A model generated the notes under the pieces. The model did no database searches, was not told the DNA's origin, and was given only the letters and a program-made list of their open reading frames with translations. This document shows, piece after piece, positions 49,387 through 58,394 of a stretch of DNA of 64,000 bases; positions within the stretch are counted from its first letter, which is position 1, and the number at the start of each line of letters is the position of its first letter. The DNA comes from Candidatus Obscuribacteraceae bacterium (GTDB lineage Bacteria; Cyanobacteriota; Vampirovibrionia; Obscuribacterales; Obscuribacteraceae), in contig JBGASG010000003.1 of assembly GCA_044229845.1 (NCBI GenBank), positions 1-64,000 on the forward strand, in the 5' to 3' direction. The position numbers were made by a program, and so were the translations under genes.

Positions 49387-50481
49387 ATGTCCAAGCAATC
49401 TGCAGACATCACAGGACTGGCAGTTGGCGTTCCGGGCGCAGCGGTGTCTCAAGAGTTCGCAGCACGACTTGCGGCGTCGCTGTCAGCGGGAAGCACCCGC
49501 CAGAACAAAGTGATCTCAGAGATTTACCGCCGCTCAGGAGTCGCATGCAGAAATAGCACACTGGTCCGAGGCAACAGCGGTCGCGACGGCGAGTTTTTCT
49601 CAAAACGCTCCGCCTGCGGTCCGGGCACGGCCGAACGTATGCAGCGCTACCGCCTGGATGCACCGGCGCTTGCTATTGCCACGGCACGGGATGCGTTGTC
49701 CGACGCGCAGGTTGAGGCAGAACAGATAACTCATCTAATCACGGTGTCGTGCACCGGATTTAGTGCACCCGGATTCGATGTCGATCTGATTCTCAATTTA
49801 CCGCTGCCCTCCACCGTGCAACGGACGCATGTTGGGTTCATGGGCTGTCACGGAGCCCTGAACGCCCTACGCGTAGCCAGAGCTCTGGTCGCGGCTGATT
49901 CAGACAATCGGGTGCTAGTCTGTTGCGTTGAGTTGTGCACGTTGCATTTCCAATATGCCTACGATGCGAACAATGTCGTTGCCAACTCGCTCTTTGCCGA
50001 TGGCGCGGCCGCCGCGGTCATCGAAAGCGGCAATCAGCCCGTAAGCGGCAATCCCATCGGATGCCTCGCCGGCACGCATTCCATTATTTTGCCGGACAGC
50101 CGCGAATTGATGACCTGGACTGTGGGCGACCACGGCTTTCAGATGACTCTGTCGGGGTCAGTCCCTGAAATAGTGCGACAGTCATTGCCGACAGTCGTGA
50201 ATCCCTGGTTGGCGGCGCACCAACTCACTGTCCAAGACATTAGAGGATGGGCAATTCATCCTGGTGGACCACGAATCGTCGATGCCGTTGAGACCAGCCT
50301 CAAACTCGACGACAAGCAATCAGAACCATCACGAACAGCGCTTTCCCATCACGGCAATATGTCTTCGCCCACCGTACTGTTCATACTTGATGCTCTGCGA
50401 CAACGCTCGGAAGGGCACCTGCCCTGCGTGATAATGGCATTTGGACCTGGATTAACTGTCGAATTGGCGCTGCTCACCTAG
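49387..50481 (+). CDS. Type III polyketide synthase
   Basis: Cys-His-Asn triad in GFMGCHG, WAIHPGG and HGNMSS; also LFADGA and FGPGL. Confidence 0.95.
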   Translation: MSKQSADITGLAVGVPGAAVSQEFAARLAASLSAGSTRQNKVISEIYRRSGVACRNSTLVRGNSGRDGEFFSKRSACGPGTAERMQRYRLDAPALAIATARDALSDAQVEAEQITHLITVSCTGFSAPGFDVDLILNLPLPSTVQRTHVGFMGCHGALNALRVARALVAADSDNRVLVCCVELCTLHFQYAYDANNVVANSLFADGAAAAVIESGNQPVSGNPIGCLAGTHSIILPDSRELMTWTVGDHGFQMTLSGSVPEIVRQSLPTVVNPWLAAHQLTVQDIRGWAIHPGGPRIVDAVETSLKLDDKQSEPSRTALSHHGNMSSPTVLFILDALRQRSEGHLPCVIMAFGPGLTVELALLT

Positions 50482-50681
50482 GCGCGATGGGGAAAATACG
50501 AAACGGCTCGATCGGCGCCAGCGCCTGAATTCCCGCACTGGTGCCGTTTTAGAGCGCCATGACATATTGACATTCATCGACCTAATTGTTATGTTGGCGG
50601 CCTCGCAAAACATTCGGCAACGGCTGACCGCCTTGTCGAGGCGACCGCTCGCCCCATACCGCTTCTCTATTGGATTTCCCG

Positions 50682-52166
50682 ATGTCGCAGTCAGGATTCA
50701 GCATAGAGGACTTTCAATTTCACTCGCCGCTGGTGGGTAACATTGAACTGTCCAATTACGTCCATACCTTGATGCATGAGTTTCCAACTGCGAACTCAAG
50801 CAATGAGGATATGGCTGGGCCGTTAATCGTGTCCGGAACCGACGCAGGAACTCTTGCGCGCGACCAGATTCGCGACACACTCAAATCGGCTAACGAACTT
50901 CATTTCAGCACCGCCGCCGAAAACGCACAAAGCAATCAGCAGCCGGATTACTTCCTCGGTGCTGACGGCAAGCTGACACCCAATCCCGACAAGACTACCA
51001 AGAATTCCGACGGCTCAATCAACATCGAACTGCAGTCGCAAAATAAGCAAGAGATAGACTCGAAGAAACTGGCGGATCAGCTGCAAAAGGCAGCCATCAA
51101 GGATTTGATTCAATACTTCCTTCAGAACAATCCGAACGGCAAAGTACCCCAGGATTGGCTGGATATGCTGGCTAGAGAACCGGATCTGCCTCCGGCGCCG
51201 ATGCAAATCTTCGAACCCCCGACGGATACACCGGCACCACCCATAGTGAATCCTCTGCCACCAACCGATGGCAATCAGAATCAACCGACTCCAGAGTACG
51301 ACCCTGGTCCGGCGAACGTGATTGGAGGAGGCAGCGACCTGCCGCCTGGCGGTGGCGGCGGCGGTGGCGGTGGCGGCGGTGGCGGTGGCGGCGGTGGCGG
51401 CGGCAGTGACGGCGGCGGCACGTACAACGGCGGCAGCGACGGTAGCACCAGCGGACCACCTCAAAGAAGCGACATTCCTGCTCCATCGGGGCAGTCAGGG
51501 CTCAGCATTGTGCCTGGCGACGGAAAGGGTCTTGAACACCTCAAAGAAGCTATTGACCGCGCGAATAGCGGCGGTAAACCTGTCAGCATCCTCCAGTACG
51601 GCGACTCTCATATCGTCCAGGGGACAGAAGCAAAAACGATTGAAAGCCTGATGAAAGGTCTAGCTCCAACTGAATACAACGTCAAAGCACTGGGTGGCAT
51701 CAGTGCAAACTACCCAGCCGCCCATTCGCAAGAATGGCTTGACCAACCTATTCAACAAGCCAATCCAGATCTGGTGATTCTGTCTTTTGGCAGCAACGAC
51801 TCCGCGGGCAACCCAAACCCTGAGCAGTATGCGAAAACCTACCAAAATCTCATCGATGAGGTTCGACAACGCGCTCCGAACGCCTCCATTCTCATAGTTG
51901 GACCGACCGATGGCAATTCAATTACCGGATCCAACAAGGGCAATGATCTGCCCGGTCTCGACACCGTAATTCAGGTGCAAAAAGAGATCGCTGCCAAGAA
52001 CGGACTCGACTTCATGGATATGCGCCAAGCCATGGGCGGACCCGGTTCAATAGAAAAGTGGCACACCGACGGTCTGGCAGCCGGAGACGAATTACACTTT
52101 ACAGGTCAGGGCTATCAAAAGATCGGTCAGGGCATCTTCGAGCACATCAAAACCGAGCTCGCCTGA
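50682..52166 (+). CDS. SGNH/GDSL hydrolase domain at the C-terminus, joined by a Pro-rich/poly-Gly linker to an unknown N-terminal domain
   Basis: YGDSH (block I), FGSND (block III), DELH (block V); no signal peptide. Confidence 0.8.
   Translation: MSQSGFSIEDFQFHSPLVGNIELSNYVHTLMHEFPTANSSNEDMAGPLIVSGTDAGTLARDQIRDTLKSANELHFSTAAENAQSNQQPDYFLGADGKLTPNPDKTTKNSDGSINIELQSQNKQEIDSKKLADQLQKAAIKDLIQYFLQNNPNGKVPQDWLDMLAREPDLPPAPMQIFEPPTDTPAPPIVNPLPPTDGNQNQPTPEYDPGPANVIGGGSDLPPGGGGGGGGGGGGGGGGGGGSDGGGTYNGGSDGSTSGPPQRSDIPAPSGQSGLSIVPGDGKGLEHLKEAIDRANSGGKPVSILQYGDSHIVQGTEAKTIESLMKGLAPTEYNVKALGGISANYPAAHSQEWLDQPIQQANPDLVILSFGSNDSAGNPNPEQYAKTYQNLIDEVRQRAPNASILIVGPTDGNSITGSNKGNDLPGLDTVIQVQKEIAAKNGLDFMDMRQAMGGPGSIEKWHTDGLAAGDELHFTGQGYQKIGQGIFEHIKTELA
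51348..51404 (+). repeat. (GGY)19 tract encoding 19 consecutive glycines
   Basis: Uninterrupted GGC/GGT codons. Confidence 0.9.
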
Positions 52167-52177
52167 CCCGCACCGCC

Positions 52178-52278
52178 TAGAACTAAAGTGATATCACTCC
52201 AGGTTTCGCCGCCAGAACTGAAGTGATATCACTCCAGGTTTCGTCGCCTAAGCTAAAGTGATATCACTTTAGTTCTAG
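52178..52278. repeat. Three 35-bp units carrying the GTGATATCAC palindrome
   Basis: Cores at 52188, 52223 and 52258; the third is the perfect palindrome CTAAAGTGATATCACTTTAG. Confidence 0.92.
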
Positions 52279-52289
52279 AAGTAAAGGAG

Positions 52290-52311
52290 AGGGGGCGTAA
52301 ATCCGCCCCCT
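52290..52311. terminator. Hairpin between convergent genes
   Basis: AGGGGGCG-TAAATC-CGCCCCCT. Confidence 0.55.
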
Positions 52312-52343
52312 GAATTTGCACTTGATTTGTATATTCGTCAGAG

Positions 52344-52991
52344 CTAGTCGAGTCGTTCAACCGGTGGTTCTACATAGTCCACTCGGTCAATTCGGTCGAC
52401 GCGATCAAGACGATCAACGCGGTCGATGTAGTCATGGCGCTCTGCCGGACCGGCCGGAGCGAGCTCTTGAGCCGCTGCGTAGTGACGCAAGGTTTCGTTC
52501 TTGACGGATTTCGTGTGCAGGCTTTTCGCGCCGGCAGCATCCAGCACCTTAGCGGCTTCGCGTGCACGCTTCTCATGACAGTATACGCCCACCAGCAGAC
52601 CGCCGTGGCGCTTGTCGAGACTGAATAAGTTCGCCTCGAACTCTGGAACAGTCATACCGAACAAGCTGCCGACGATGAGACCGATGGTGCCGCCTAGACC
52701 AGCTCCGGCAAAAGCACCGAGCAAACCTTCCGCACCGGCTGTCGGAGATGGCGTGTAGCCCATAGCAGCGAGTCCGAAACAGATAGCTCCGATGGCGCCA
52801 CCAACTACGGTGCCAAATACACCCATTTCAGGAGCCTTAGTTGCCGGCACAGAGAACCATTCTCGTCCGGTAGCCGTGTCTGGAATAAGGAGACTTATAT
52901 CTTCCTGTGGGAATCCGTGTCTGATCAAGTCTTCGACCGCTAACATCGAGTTAGAGCGATTCTTGAAAATTCCCGTAACCAATTTTGCCAT
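52344..52991 (-). CDS. General stress protein-like membrane protein (YflT/17M-like N-terminus, Gly-rich TM hairpin)
   Basis: VTGIF...AVEDL...GF...DISLL; Gly-zipper helices; GGLLVGV...A..VL..AGA; GGAGG RBS. Confidence 0.7.
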   Translation of the reverse strand: MAKLVTGIFKNRSNSMLAVEDLIRHGFPQEDISLLIPDTATGREWFSVPATKAPEMGVFGTVVGGAIGAICFGLAAMGYTPSPTAGAEGLLGAFAGAGLGGTIGLIVGSLFGMTVPEFEANLFSLDKRHGGLLVGVYCHEKRAREAAKVLDAAGAKSLHTKSVKNETLRHYAAAQELAPAGPAERHDYIDRVDRLDRVDRIDRVDYVEPPVERLD

Positions 52992-53027
52992 TTCTAGATT
53001 CCTCCACAGTCTTCGTTTGCGGGAGAA

Positions 53028-53053
53028 GACGCAATCTGGCGCTCAACAGTTCC
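53028..53053 (-). promoter_or_regulatory. Putative ECF-sigma promoter GGAAC-N17-CGTC
   Basis: Minus strand reads GGAAC-tgttgagcgccagattg-CGTC, upstream of the start at 52991. Confidence 0.6.
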
Positions 53054-53087
53054 ACTTAGGCGAGTGATTTAGTGCCAAACTGGTTGT

Positions 53088-53276
53088 TTACCCGCCATAG
53101 CCACCGTTAGGTGCGCCCGTCGGAGCAGCATATTCGCTTGTGCGATATGTCGTCCGCTTGGGCTGAGAGTCCTTCAAAGCCGCCCAAGCCTTGCGCAATT
53201 CGGTGTATGCAACCAGAGCAGTGGTTACAAGTGAAATCACCGCAACTAATCCTTTTACTGCCTTAAACATCTGCAT
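53088..53276 (-). CDS. Small membrane-anchored hypothetical protein
   Basis: 62 aa with an N-terminal hydrophobic helix; AGGAG upstream. Confidence 0.55.
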   Translation of the reverse strand: MQMFKAVKGLVAVISLVTTALVAYTELRKAWAALKDSQPKRTTYRTSEYAAPTGAPNGGYGG

Positions 53277-53280
53277 CTCC

Positions 53281-53529
53281 TCAGGGTGTCAACCGCGTCG
53301 ATGGTGTGTTATCCATGCGTCCGGGTAGTGGTTGGTTGTTTTCTTGAAGCGGCAATGATCCGGCTACGAACAATCCGCCTGCGATCATCAGAATTGCCAG
53401 TAATACCATTAATAAATAGGACAATGGATTGTTTGCCGGCGTGCCTGGAATGGCTTCCTCCGGCGGACCCGGTCTGTTGAGTCCTTCGTCCTGAAGTTCC
53501 TGATTACCAGCTAGGTCTGTGCCGTTCAT
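53281..53529 (-). CDS. Small single-pass membrane protein
   Basis: GAGG RBS; TM segment LLMVLLAILMIAGGLFVAG. Confidence 0.55.
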   Translation of the reverse strand: MNGTDLAGNQELQDEGLNRPGPPEEAIPGTPANNPLSYLLMVLLAILMIAGGLFVAGSLPLQENNQPLPGRMDNTPSTRLTP

Positions 53530-53599
53530 TACGATCCTCATATAGCAACCACGACGGTAAATCGACCGTCGTGGTTGCCGATGGTCTTACTGTGCCGCT

Positions 53600-53866
53600 C
53601 TAGACGTCCGAGCGCGTGATAGCACCGCTCAAGAGGTACATGGCGAACACGACGATAGCCGAACCAGCAATCGCCGGAACCAACGGTACGCCAGCGAGGT
53701 CCGGTCCGAAGCCGCCAAACAGGCTGGCACCGACCCAGGCGCCTATGGCACCGACAATAGCAGCAGCCAGGAATCCGCCAGGAACGCGTCCCGGAACCAG
53801 TGCCGAAGCTATCCATGCGCAAACGGCTGCCACAACTAAGAAAAGTAGAAAACTTAGAATACCCAT
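53600..53866 (-). CDS. GlsB/YeaQ/YmgE (transglycosylase-associated) family stress membrane protein
   Basis: AWIASALVPG..PGG....IVGAIGAWVG; three TM helices; AGGAG RBS. Confidence 0.85.
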   Translation of the reverse strand: MGILSFLLFLVVAAVCAWIASALVPGRVPGGFLAAAIVGAIGAWVGASLFGGFGPDLAGVPLVPAIAGSAIVVFAMYLLSGAITRSDV

Positions 53867-53904
53867 AACTGTCTTTTCTCCTACCGACCAATCATGGGGG
53901 CAAA

Positions 53905-53930
53905 GACGGGAGTGATTCACCAGAAGTTTC
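53905..53930 (-). promoter_or_regulatory. Putative ECF-sigma promoter GAAAC-N17-CGTC
   Basis: Minus strand reads GAAAC-ttctggtgaatcactcc-CGTC, upstream of the start at 53866. Confidence 0.55.
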
Positions 53931-54011
53931 CGAGCCATCGAACGGAATCGCAGGGTGCCCGACGAAATCCATATGAGGATTGATCTGTGGGCAGCCAGGA
54001 TACGGATGGTT

Positions 54012-54037
54012 GAAACCTTGGCAGTCAGAGTTACGTC
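54012..54037 (+). promoter_or_regulatory. Putative ECF-sigma promoter GAAAC-N17-CGTC
   Basis: GAAAC-cttggcagtcagagtta-CGTC, upstream of the start at 54097. Confidence 0.55.
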
Positions 54038-54096
54038 AATTACCCCGTTGCACATGACTTAAGAATCGGGCAGCCTGCGCAGCCCAGGAGGATCAA

Positions 54097-54381
54097 ATGG
54101 TTCAAGTTACGCCAGAACGCGAAGTCTATACCGAGCGGATAGTCGATGATTCCGGTCCCGCCACTGCAATGGTTGTGATGTTTTCGCTTTTGATAATCGC
54201 AGTGCTGGGATTCATGGTCTACTACTTCAGCAATGCAAATATGTCGAACAGCCTTAACCCCACCACGATTATCGAAAGAACCCAGACGAACACGCACACG
54301 ACCACGCCGCTGCCGGTGCCGACTCCAACGCCTGTCGCTCCTGCTGAGCCAACACCAGCTCCAGAAGCCTCGACGCCGTAG
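54097..54381 (+). CDS. Small single-pass membrane protein with a Thr/Pro-rich tail
   Basis: AGGAGG RBS; TM segment MVVMFSLLIIAVLGFMVYYF. Confidence 0.75.
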   Translation: MVQVTPEREVYTERIVDDSGPATAMVVMFSLLIIAVLGFMVYYFSNANMSNSLNPTTIIERTQTNTHTTTPLPVPTPTPVAPAEPTPAPEASTP

Positions 54382-54416
54382 TCGTTCTAGAGCGAACTCC
54401 AAACAAATACTCGAGA

Positions 54417-54455
54417 GAAGAAGAAGAAGAAGAAGAAGAAGAAGAAGAAGAAGAA
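54417..54455. repeat. Intergenic (GAA)13 microsatellite
   Basis: 13 perfect GAA units. Confidence 0.95.
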
Positions 54456-54481
54456 GAGCGAGAGACCTCGCTCTTCTTTTT
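54451..54481 (+). terminator. Intrinsic terminator whose 5' arm is the end of the GAA tract
   Basis: AAGAAGAGCGAG-AGAC-CTCGCTCTTCTT followed by TTT. Confidence 0.7.
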
Positions 54482-54564
54482 ACTTCGCCGCATTTCATGC
54501 GCTACACTGACGAATTCACAGCCAAAATTGAATGATCTCCATCCGCGCATACGAGGTACACAAG

Positions 54565-55281
54565 ATGAACACCCAGTCGCTGATTGGCGCCCTGCTCGGC
54601 GCGTTTCTGTTTTGCGCAGCGCCATGCCTGGCAGAGGATCCGGCTTCATCCCCGGCACCATCAACGACTTCCAGCTCCACCGGCACAACCGCTGATCCGC
54701 AAAGCACAAACCAGTCATTGAGTGGGCAGGTGCAACTCGTGGAAGTCAACCTTGCCACTTTGCGCGACTTGGGATTGGATATCAAACGCGTACAGCACGG
54801 CGCCACCGCCCTCTACGACGAAGCTAGCCGCCAGCCGGTCAGCCTGCAAACTATGCCGGAGGTTGTGGGACTGAACACGGTTATCCCTGTTGTGACTGGT
54901 TTCACCGGCGGTGGCTACTTGCCGCCCAGGAAATCGGCGGTCGACAACGCAATGGAGGCCATCGAACCCTGGATTGACATGGCTAAATCCTCAGTCGACG
55001 CCATCACAGAAGGTCATAAGAAGCTCGACCTGGACGAAGCCACTCAGGAAGAACTGGCGCCGCAATTCAAGAAGTGGTCCACGCTGGTAACCGAGACCTA
55101 CGGACACCTGCAAGTTCTGAAAGGTCTCACCAAAGGCCCTGGTTATGACAACCAGGCGATCGCCGATCAGGCAACCGCAATCAATCGAGAAACAAAAGAC
55201 CTGGATCGAGTGCGACGCGAAGTCTACAAAGTGCTTCAGAGAGAAGGAAAAGAGGCCCGCAAATCCAAAAAGAAAAGCTGA
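54565..55281 (+). CDS. Secreted helical hypothetical protein
   Basis: GAGGT RBS; signal peptide ending CLA; helical mature region. Confidence 0.7.
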   Translation: MNTQSLIGALLGAFLFCAAPCLAEDPASSPAPSTTSSSTGTTADPQSTNQSLSGQVQLVEVNLATLRDLGLDIKRVQHGATALYDEASRQPVSLQTMPEVVGLNTVIPVVTGFTGGGYLPPRKSAVDNAMEAIEPWIDMAKSSVDAITEGHKKLDLDEATQEELAPQFKKWSTLVTETYGHLQVLKGLTKGPGYDNQAIADQATAINRETKDLDRVRREVYKVLQREGKEARKSKKKS

Positions 55282-55297
55282 AGCGATATCACTTCAG
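55278..55297. repeat. Solo palindromic repeat CTGAAGCGATATCACTTCAG overlapping a stop codon
   Basis: One mismatch from the 2661-2680 palindrome; its TGA (55279-55281) is the stop of the upstream gene. Confidence 0.85.
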
Positions 55298-55325
55298 TTT
55301 TGTCGGTGCCCTGGATCGCTTATGC

Positions 55326-56915
55326 CTACGGGCTTTGCGGGCTTAGCAGATTTTCTAAATTTTCAAGGGTGTCAGCTTCTTCGATTGGCTTGTCATGACG
55401 CCACCGGAGAATTCGAGGAAAGCGAACCGCAATCCCCGACTTGTGACGGGTCGACTTTCGAATATCTTCGAACGCTAACTCGAAGACAAGAGCGGGTTTG
55501 ACAGTGCGGACTGGACCGAATTTTTCGACCGTGTTTTTGCGGATAAAAGCGTCCACTTCCGTAATTTCGGCATCCGTCAGCCCGGAGTAGGCTTTGGCTA
55601 CCGGCACTAATTTGCCGTCCTGCCAGACGCCGAATGTGTAGTCGGTGTACACGGCAGCGCGCTTGCCCGATCCGCGTTGCGCGTAGATAAGCACCGCATC
55701 GATCGTATAAGGATCGATTTTCCACTTCCACCAGTCGCCACGCTGGCGTCCAACTCTGTAAGGGGAGCCGCTGCGCTTGAGCATGAATCCCTCGACGTTC
55801 CGATCCCGGCTTTCATTGCGTAGCTCGGAAAGCTGGTTCCAGGATGCCGCTTGCACCGCTGGAGATAAAATGAATGCGGGCGAATCGAGTCGCTCGACTA
55901 AACGACTCAGTTGCTCCCTTCTCCACTTGTATGGACGTTCCCTAACGTCTTCGCCTTCGAACTCGAGCAAGTCGTAAGCCAGCAAAACTACGGGGACATC
56001 AGTCATCAGTTTCTTGCTGACTACCTTGCGCCCTATGCGCAATTGAAGGTCGCCGAAACGCATTACCTGCCCGTCTCGCCAGGCGAGAATCTCGCCGTCA
56101 ATAATGGTTCCATCCGGCAGCAATGCACCAATGGCGGTGACCTCCGGAAATCTGTCGGCGATTAGTTCCTCGCCACGGGACCAGAGGAATGTTTCTCCGG
56201 CGCGCCGGATTAACTGAGATCTGATACCATCCCATTTCCACTCTACCGCCCAGTCGCCGATGGGTCCAAGGTGTGAAGGATCGCCTTCAATCGGATAGGC
56301 CAGAAAAAACGGATACGGCCGGCTGATATCAGTATCGTGCGTGTCTTCAGCCAACAAAGCTCGATAGAATTCTGGAGTCGGCTCCCACGTCCCCATCAGA
56401 CTATGCATAATAACATCGACCGGGATACCGCTCACTTGCGAGAGGGCCCGCGCCACCTGATGCGACACTCCAACTCTGAATGCGCCGGTCAGCAGTTTAT
56501 TGAGAAGAAACCGCTGCCGCTGGCTCATGAGTCGCCAGAGTGAAACAATAGCTTCTTTCTGCACGCTCTCTTCAGTCTTGCGCAGTGCGAGCAGTTGCTC
56601 CATGAGGGCATGCAGTTTGATATCGCATTCAGTATTGCTCTCGGGTAAAAGGAGCGCAATCACTTCCGCAAAGTCACCGACCGCGTCGTAGGACTCGCTC
56701 CACAGCCAGGGAGGAATGCCGGTTTCTTCCACTGCCCACTCATGCAGGCGGGGAGCTTGTACCAGCGCCCGAGGTTTCCTCCCGCTCAGAAAATACAGTC
56801 CCCAGACGGCATCTTCAGGAGGAGTCTGCGCGAAGTACTCTTTCAGTGCGATGACTTTCTCATTTGTCTTGTTAGTTTCATCCAGAGCGGAAAATAACTG
56901 CGCGAAAAACTTCAC
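55326..56915 (-). CDS. ATP-dependent DNA ligase of the ligase-associated DNA damage response system
   Basis: PYPFFLAY, EWKWDGIR (adenylation Lys), DGEI, EGFMLK, WWKWK, RFPRI. Confidence 0.95.
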   Translation of the reverse strand: MKFFAQLFSALDETNKTNEKVIALKEYFAQTPPEDAVWGLYFLSGRKPRALVQAPRLHEWAVEETGIPPWLWSESYDAVGDFAEVIALLLPESNTECDIKLHALMEQLLALRKTEESVQKEAIVSLWRLMSQRQRFLLNKLLTGAFRVGVSHQVARALSQVSGIPVDVIMHSLMGTWEPTPEFYRALLAEDTHDTDISRPYPFFLAYPIEGDPSHLGPIGDWAVEWKWDGIRSQLIRRAGETFLWSRGEELIADRFPEVTAIGALLPDGTIIDGEILAWRDGQVMRFGDLQLRIGRKVVSKKLMTDVPVVLLAYDLLEFEGEDVRERPYKWRREQLSRLVERLDSPAFILSPAVQAASWNQLSELRNESRDRNVEGFMLKRSGSPYRVGRQRGDWWKWKIDPYTIDAVLIYAQRGSGKRAAVYTDYTFGVWQDGKLVPVAKAYSGLTDAEITEVDAFIRKNTVEKFGPVRTVKPALVFELAFEDIRKSTRHKSGIAVRFPRILRWRHDKPIEEADTLENLENLLSPQSP

Positions 56916-57988
56916 TGGTCGCCCTCCCCGAGTACCGCGTCATCGCCGGCGTCCGGTGCGTCATCGCCGGCGTCCGGTGCGCTGCGGTCCGAGGCTTCCT
57001 CGTGTTCGCCTTCGAAGGGGGTTTCCAGAACGTCGGCGTTGACGCCTCGCTCGCGCAGCCAACGCACCATCACATTGGCAAAACCATGCGTGACCAGCAC
57101 GTGCTCCGCGCCAGTTTCTCCAATTATGCGATTGAGGTTCTGCCAATCTATGTGATCGGAAAGAGGAAATCCGCGATCGACGGATCGCCTTCGCCGCGCG
57201 CCGCGCACCAGCATCCATCCGGAAGCGAACGCCGTTGAAACATTCCCAAGCCGCCTCAGCCAGACAGTGCCCATCGCCGATGGTGGCGCCAGCACCAGAG
57301 AGCCTTGAAACTCGCGCGACTTTTTCACGTGCGACACGAATGTGGTTTCAGGTAAGTCGATGCCGCTGGCACGGTATTGATTGTTCAGGCGTTCCACGGC
57401 TCCATGCGTGAACACCGGCCCGATACTCGTATCAACCGATCGCAGCAGCCGCTGGGCCTTGCCGAGCGCATAGCAGTAAATGAGGCTGGCTTTGCCCTGC
57501 GCTTTGTTCAGTTGCCACCAGCGATTGATCTGATCGACTATCGTATCCAGTGCCGGCCAGTTATAGATCGGCAAACCGAACGTCGCCTCAGTTATGAAGG
57601 TATGGCACCGCACCAATTCGAAAGGAGCACAGGTCGGATCAGGCTGCGTCTTGTAGTCGCCGGACACTACCGCTACCTCCCCGCGATGTTCAACACGCAC
57701 TTGCGCCGAACCTAAAATGTGTCCGGCTGGATGCAGAGAAACTTGCACTCCGTTCATGCTGACAGACTGCCCGTACTCGACTGTTTCGATTGTCGCCTCA
57801 TCACCGAGTCTGGTGCGCAGGAGATTGGCGCCGCCTCGGACGGCAAGATATGCTGAGCTTCCCGCCTGCGCATGATCGGAATGAGCGTGGGTGATCACCG
57901 CTCGCTCGACACTCTTCCATGGATCAACATAGAAGTCGCCCGGCTCGCAGTAGAGCCCTCGATCAGTTAAGCGCAGCAGTTGACTCAC
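56912..57988 (-). CDS. Ligase-associated DNA damage response exonuclease (metallo-beta-lactamase/beta-CASP)
   Basis: ITHAHSDH, PAGHILGSAQ, SGDYK, EATFGLP, YALGKAQR, SDH; GTGA overlap with the ligase gene. Confidence 0.93.
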   Translation of the reverse strand: MSQLLRLTDRGLYCEPGDFYVDPWKSVERAVITHAHSDHAQAGSSAYLAVRGGANLLRTRLGDEATIETVEYGQSVSMNGVQVSLHPAGHILGSAQVRVEHRGEVAVVSGDYKTQPDPTCAPFELVRCHTFITEATFGLPIYNWPALDTIVDQINRWWQLNKAQGKASLIYCYALGKAQRLLRSVDTSIGPVFTHGAVERLNNQYRASGIDLPETTFVSHVKKSREFQGSLVLAPPSAMGTVWLRRLGNVSTAFASGWMLVRGARRRRSVDRGFPLSDHIDWQNLNRIIGETGAEHVLVTHGFANVMVRWLRERGVNADVLETPFEGEHEEASDRSAPDAGDDAPDAGDDAVLGEGDQ

Positions 57989-58118
57989 ACGATGCCTCTG
58001 TCGAACCTGTCGCTAGATCATACCTGCCTTGAAGCGGCGGTTTCCAGGTGCCGGACCGGCTTATTGGAACTTTGGGGACCACGGTTTCGACTAATCTGCA
58101 GAGGATGAGGAGGTAACT

Positions 58119-58382
58119 ATGGGTATTCTGGGATTTCTGTTTTTTTTACTCGTAGCAGCAGCCTGCGCCTGGGTGGCAGATTACTTCGTGCCGGGACGCA
58201 TTCCCGGCGGGTTTTTGGCAGCCGCCATCGTCGGGTTAATCGGCGCCTGGTTGGGCACGGCGTTGCTAGGCAACCTGGGTCCAGACCTCGGTGGCGTTCC
58301 GGTTTTCTCAGCAATTATAGGTAGTGGCTTGCTCGTGTTCGCAATGTCTTTACTTGGACGCGGCACCGCCCGTAACTCTTAG
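58119..58382 (+). CDS. GlsB/YeaQ/YmgE family stress membrane protein (paralog of 53600-53866)
   Basis: MGILGFLFFLLVAAACAW...PGRIPGGFLAAAIVG; GAGGAGG RBS. Confidence 0.85.
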   Translation: MGILGFLFFLLVAAACAWVADYFVPGRIPGGFLAAAIVGLIGAWLGTALLGNLGPDLGGVPVFSAIIGSGLLVFAMSLLGRGTARNS

Positions 58383-58394
58383 GAGAGGTGAATA

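Noticed and set aside
54040..54718. ORFs with poly-Leu, poly-Arg or poly-Ser runs
   Set aside because: They are translations of the (GAA)13 tract and overlap better-supported genes.
56937..56981. 21-bp direct repeat at the end of the exonuclease gene
   Set aside because: A simple in-frame duplication (APDAGDD twice) in a disordered tail, with no sign of an insertion or target-site duplication.
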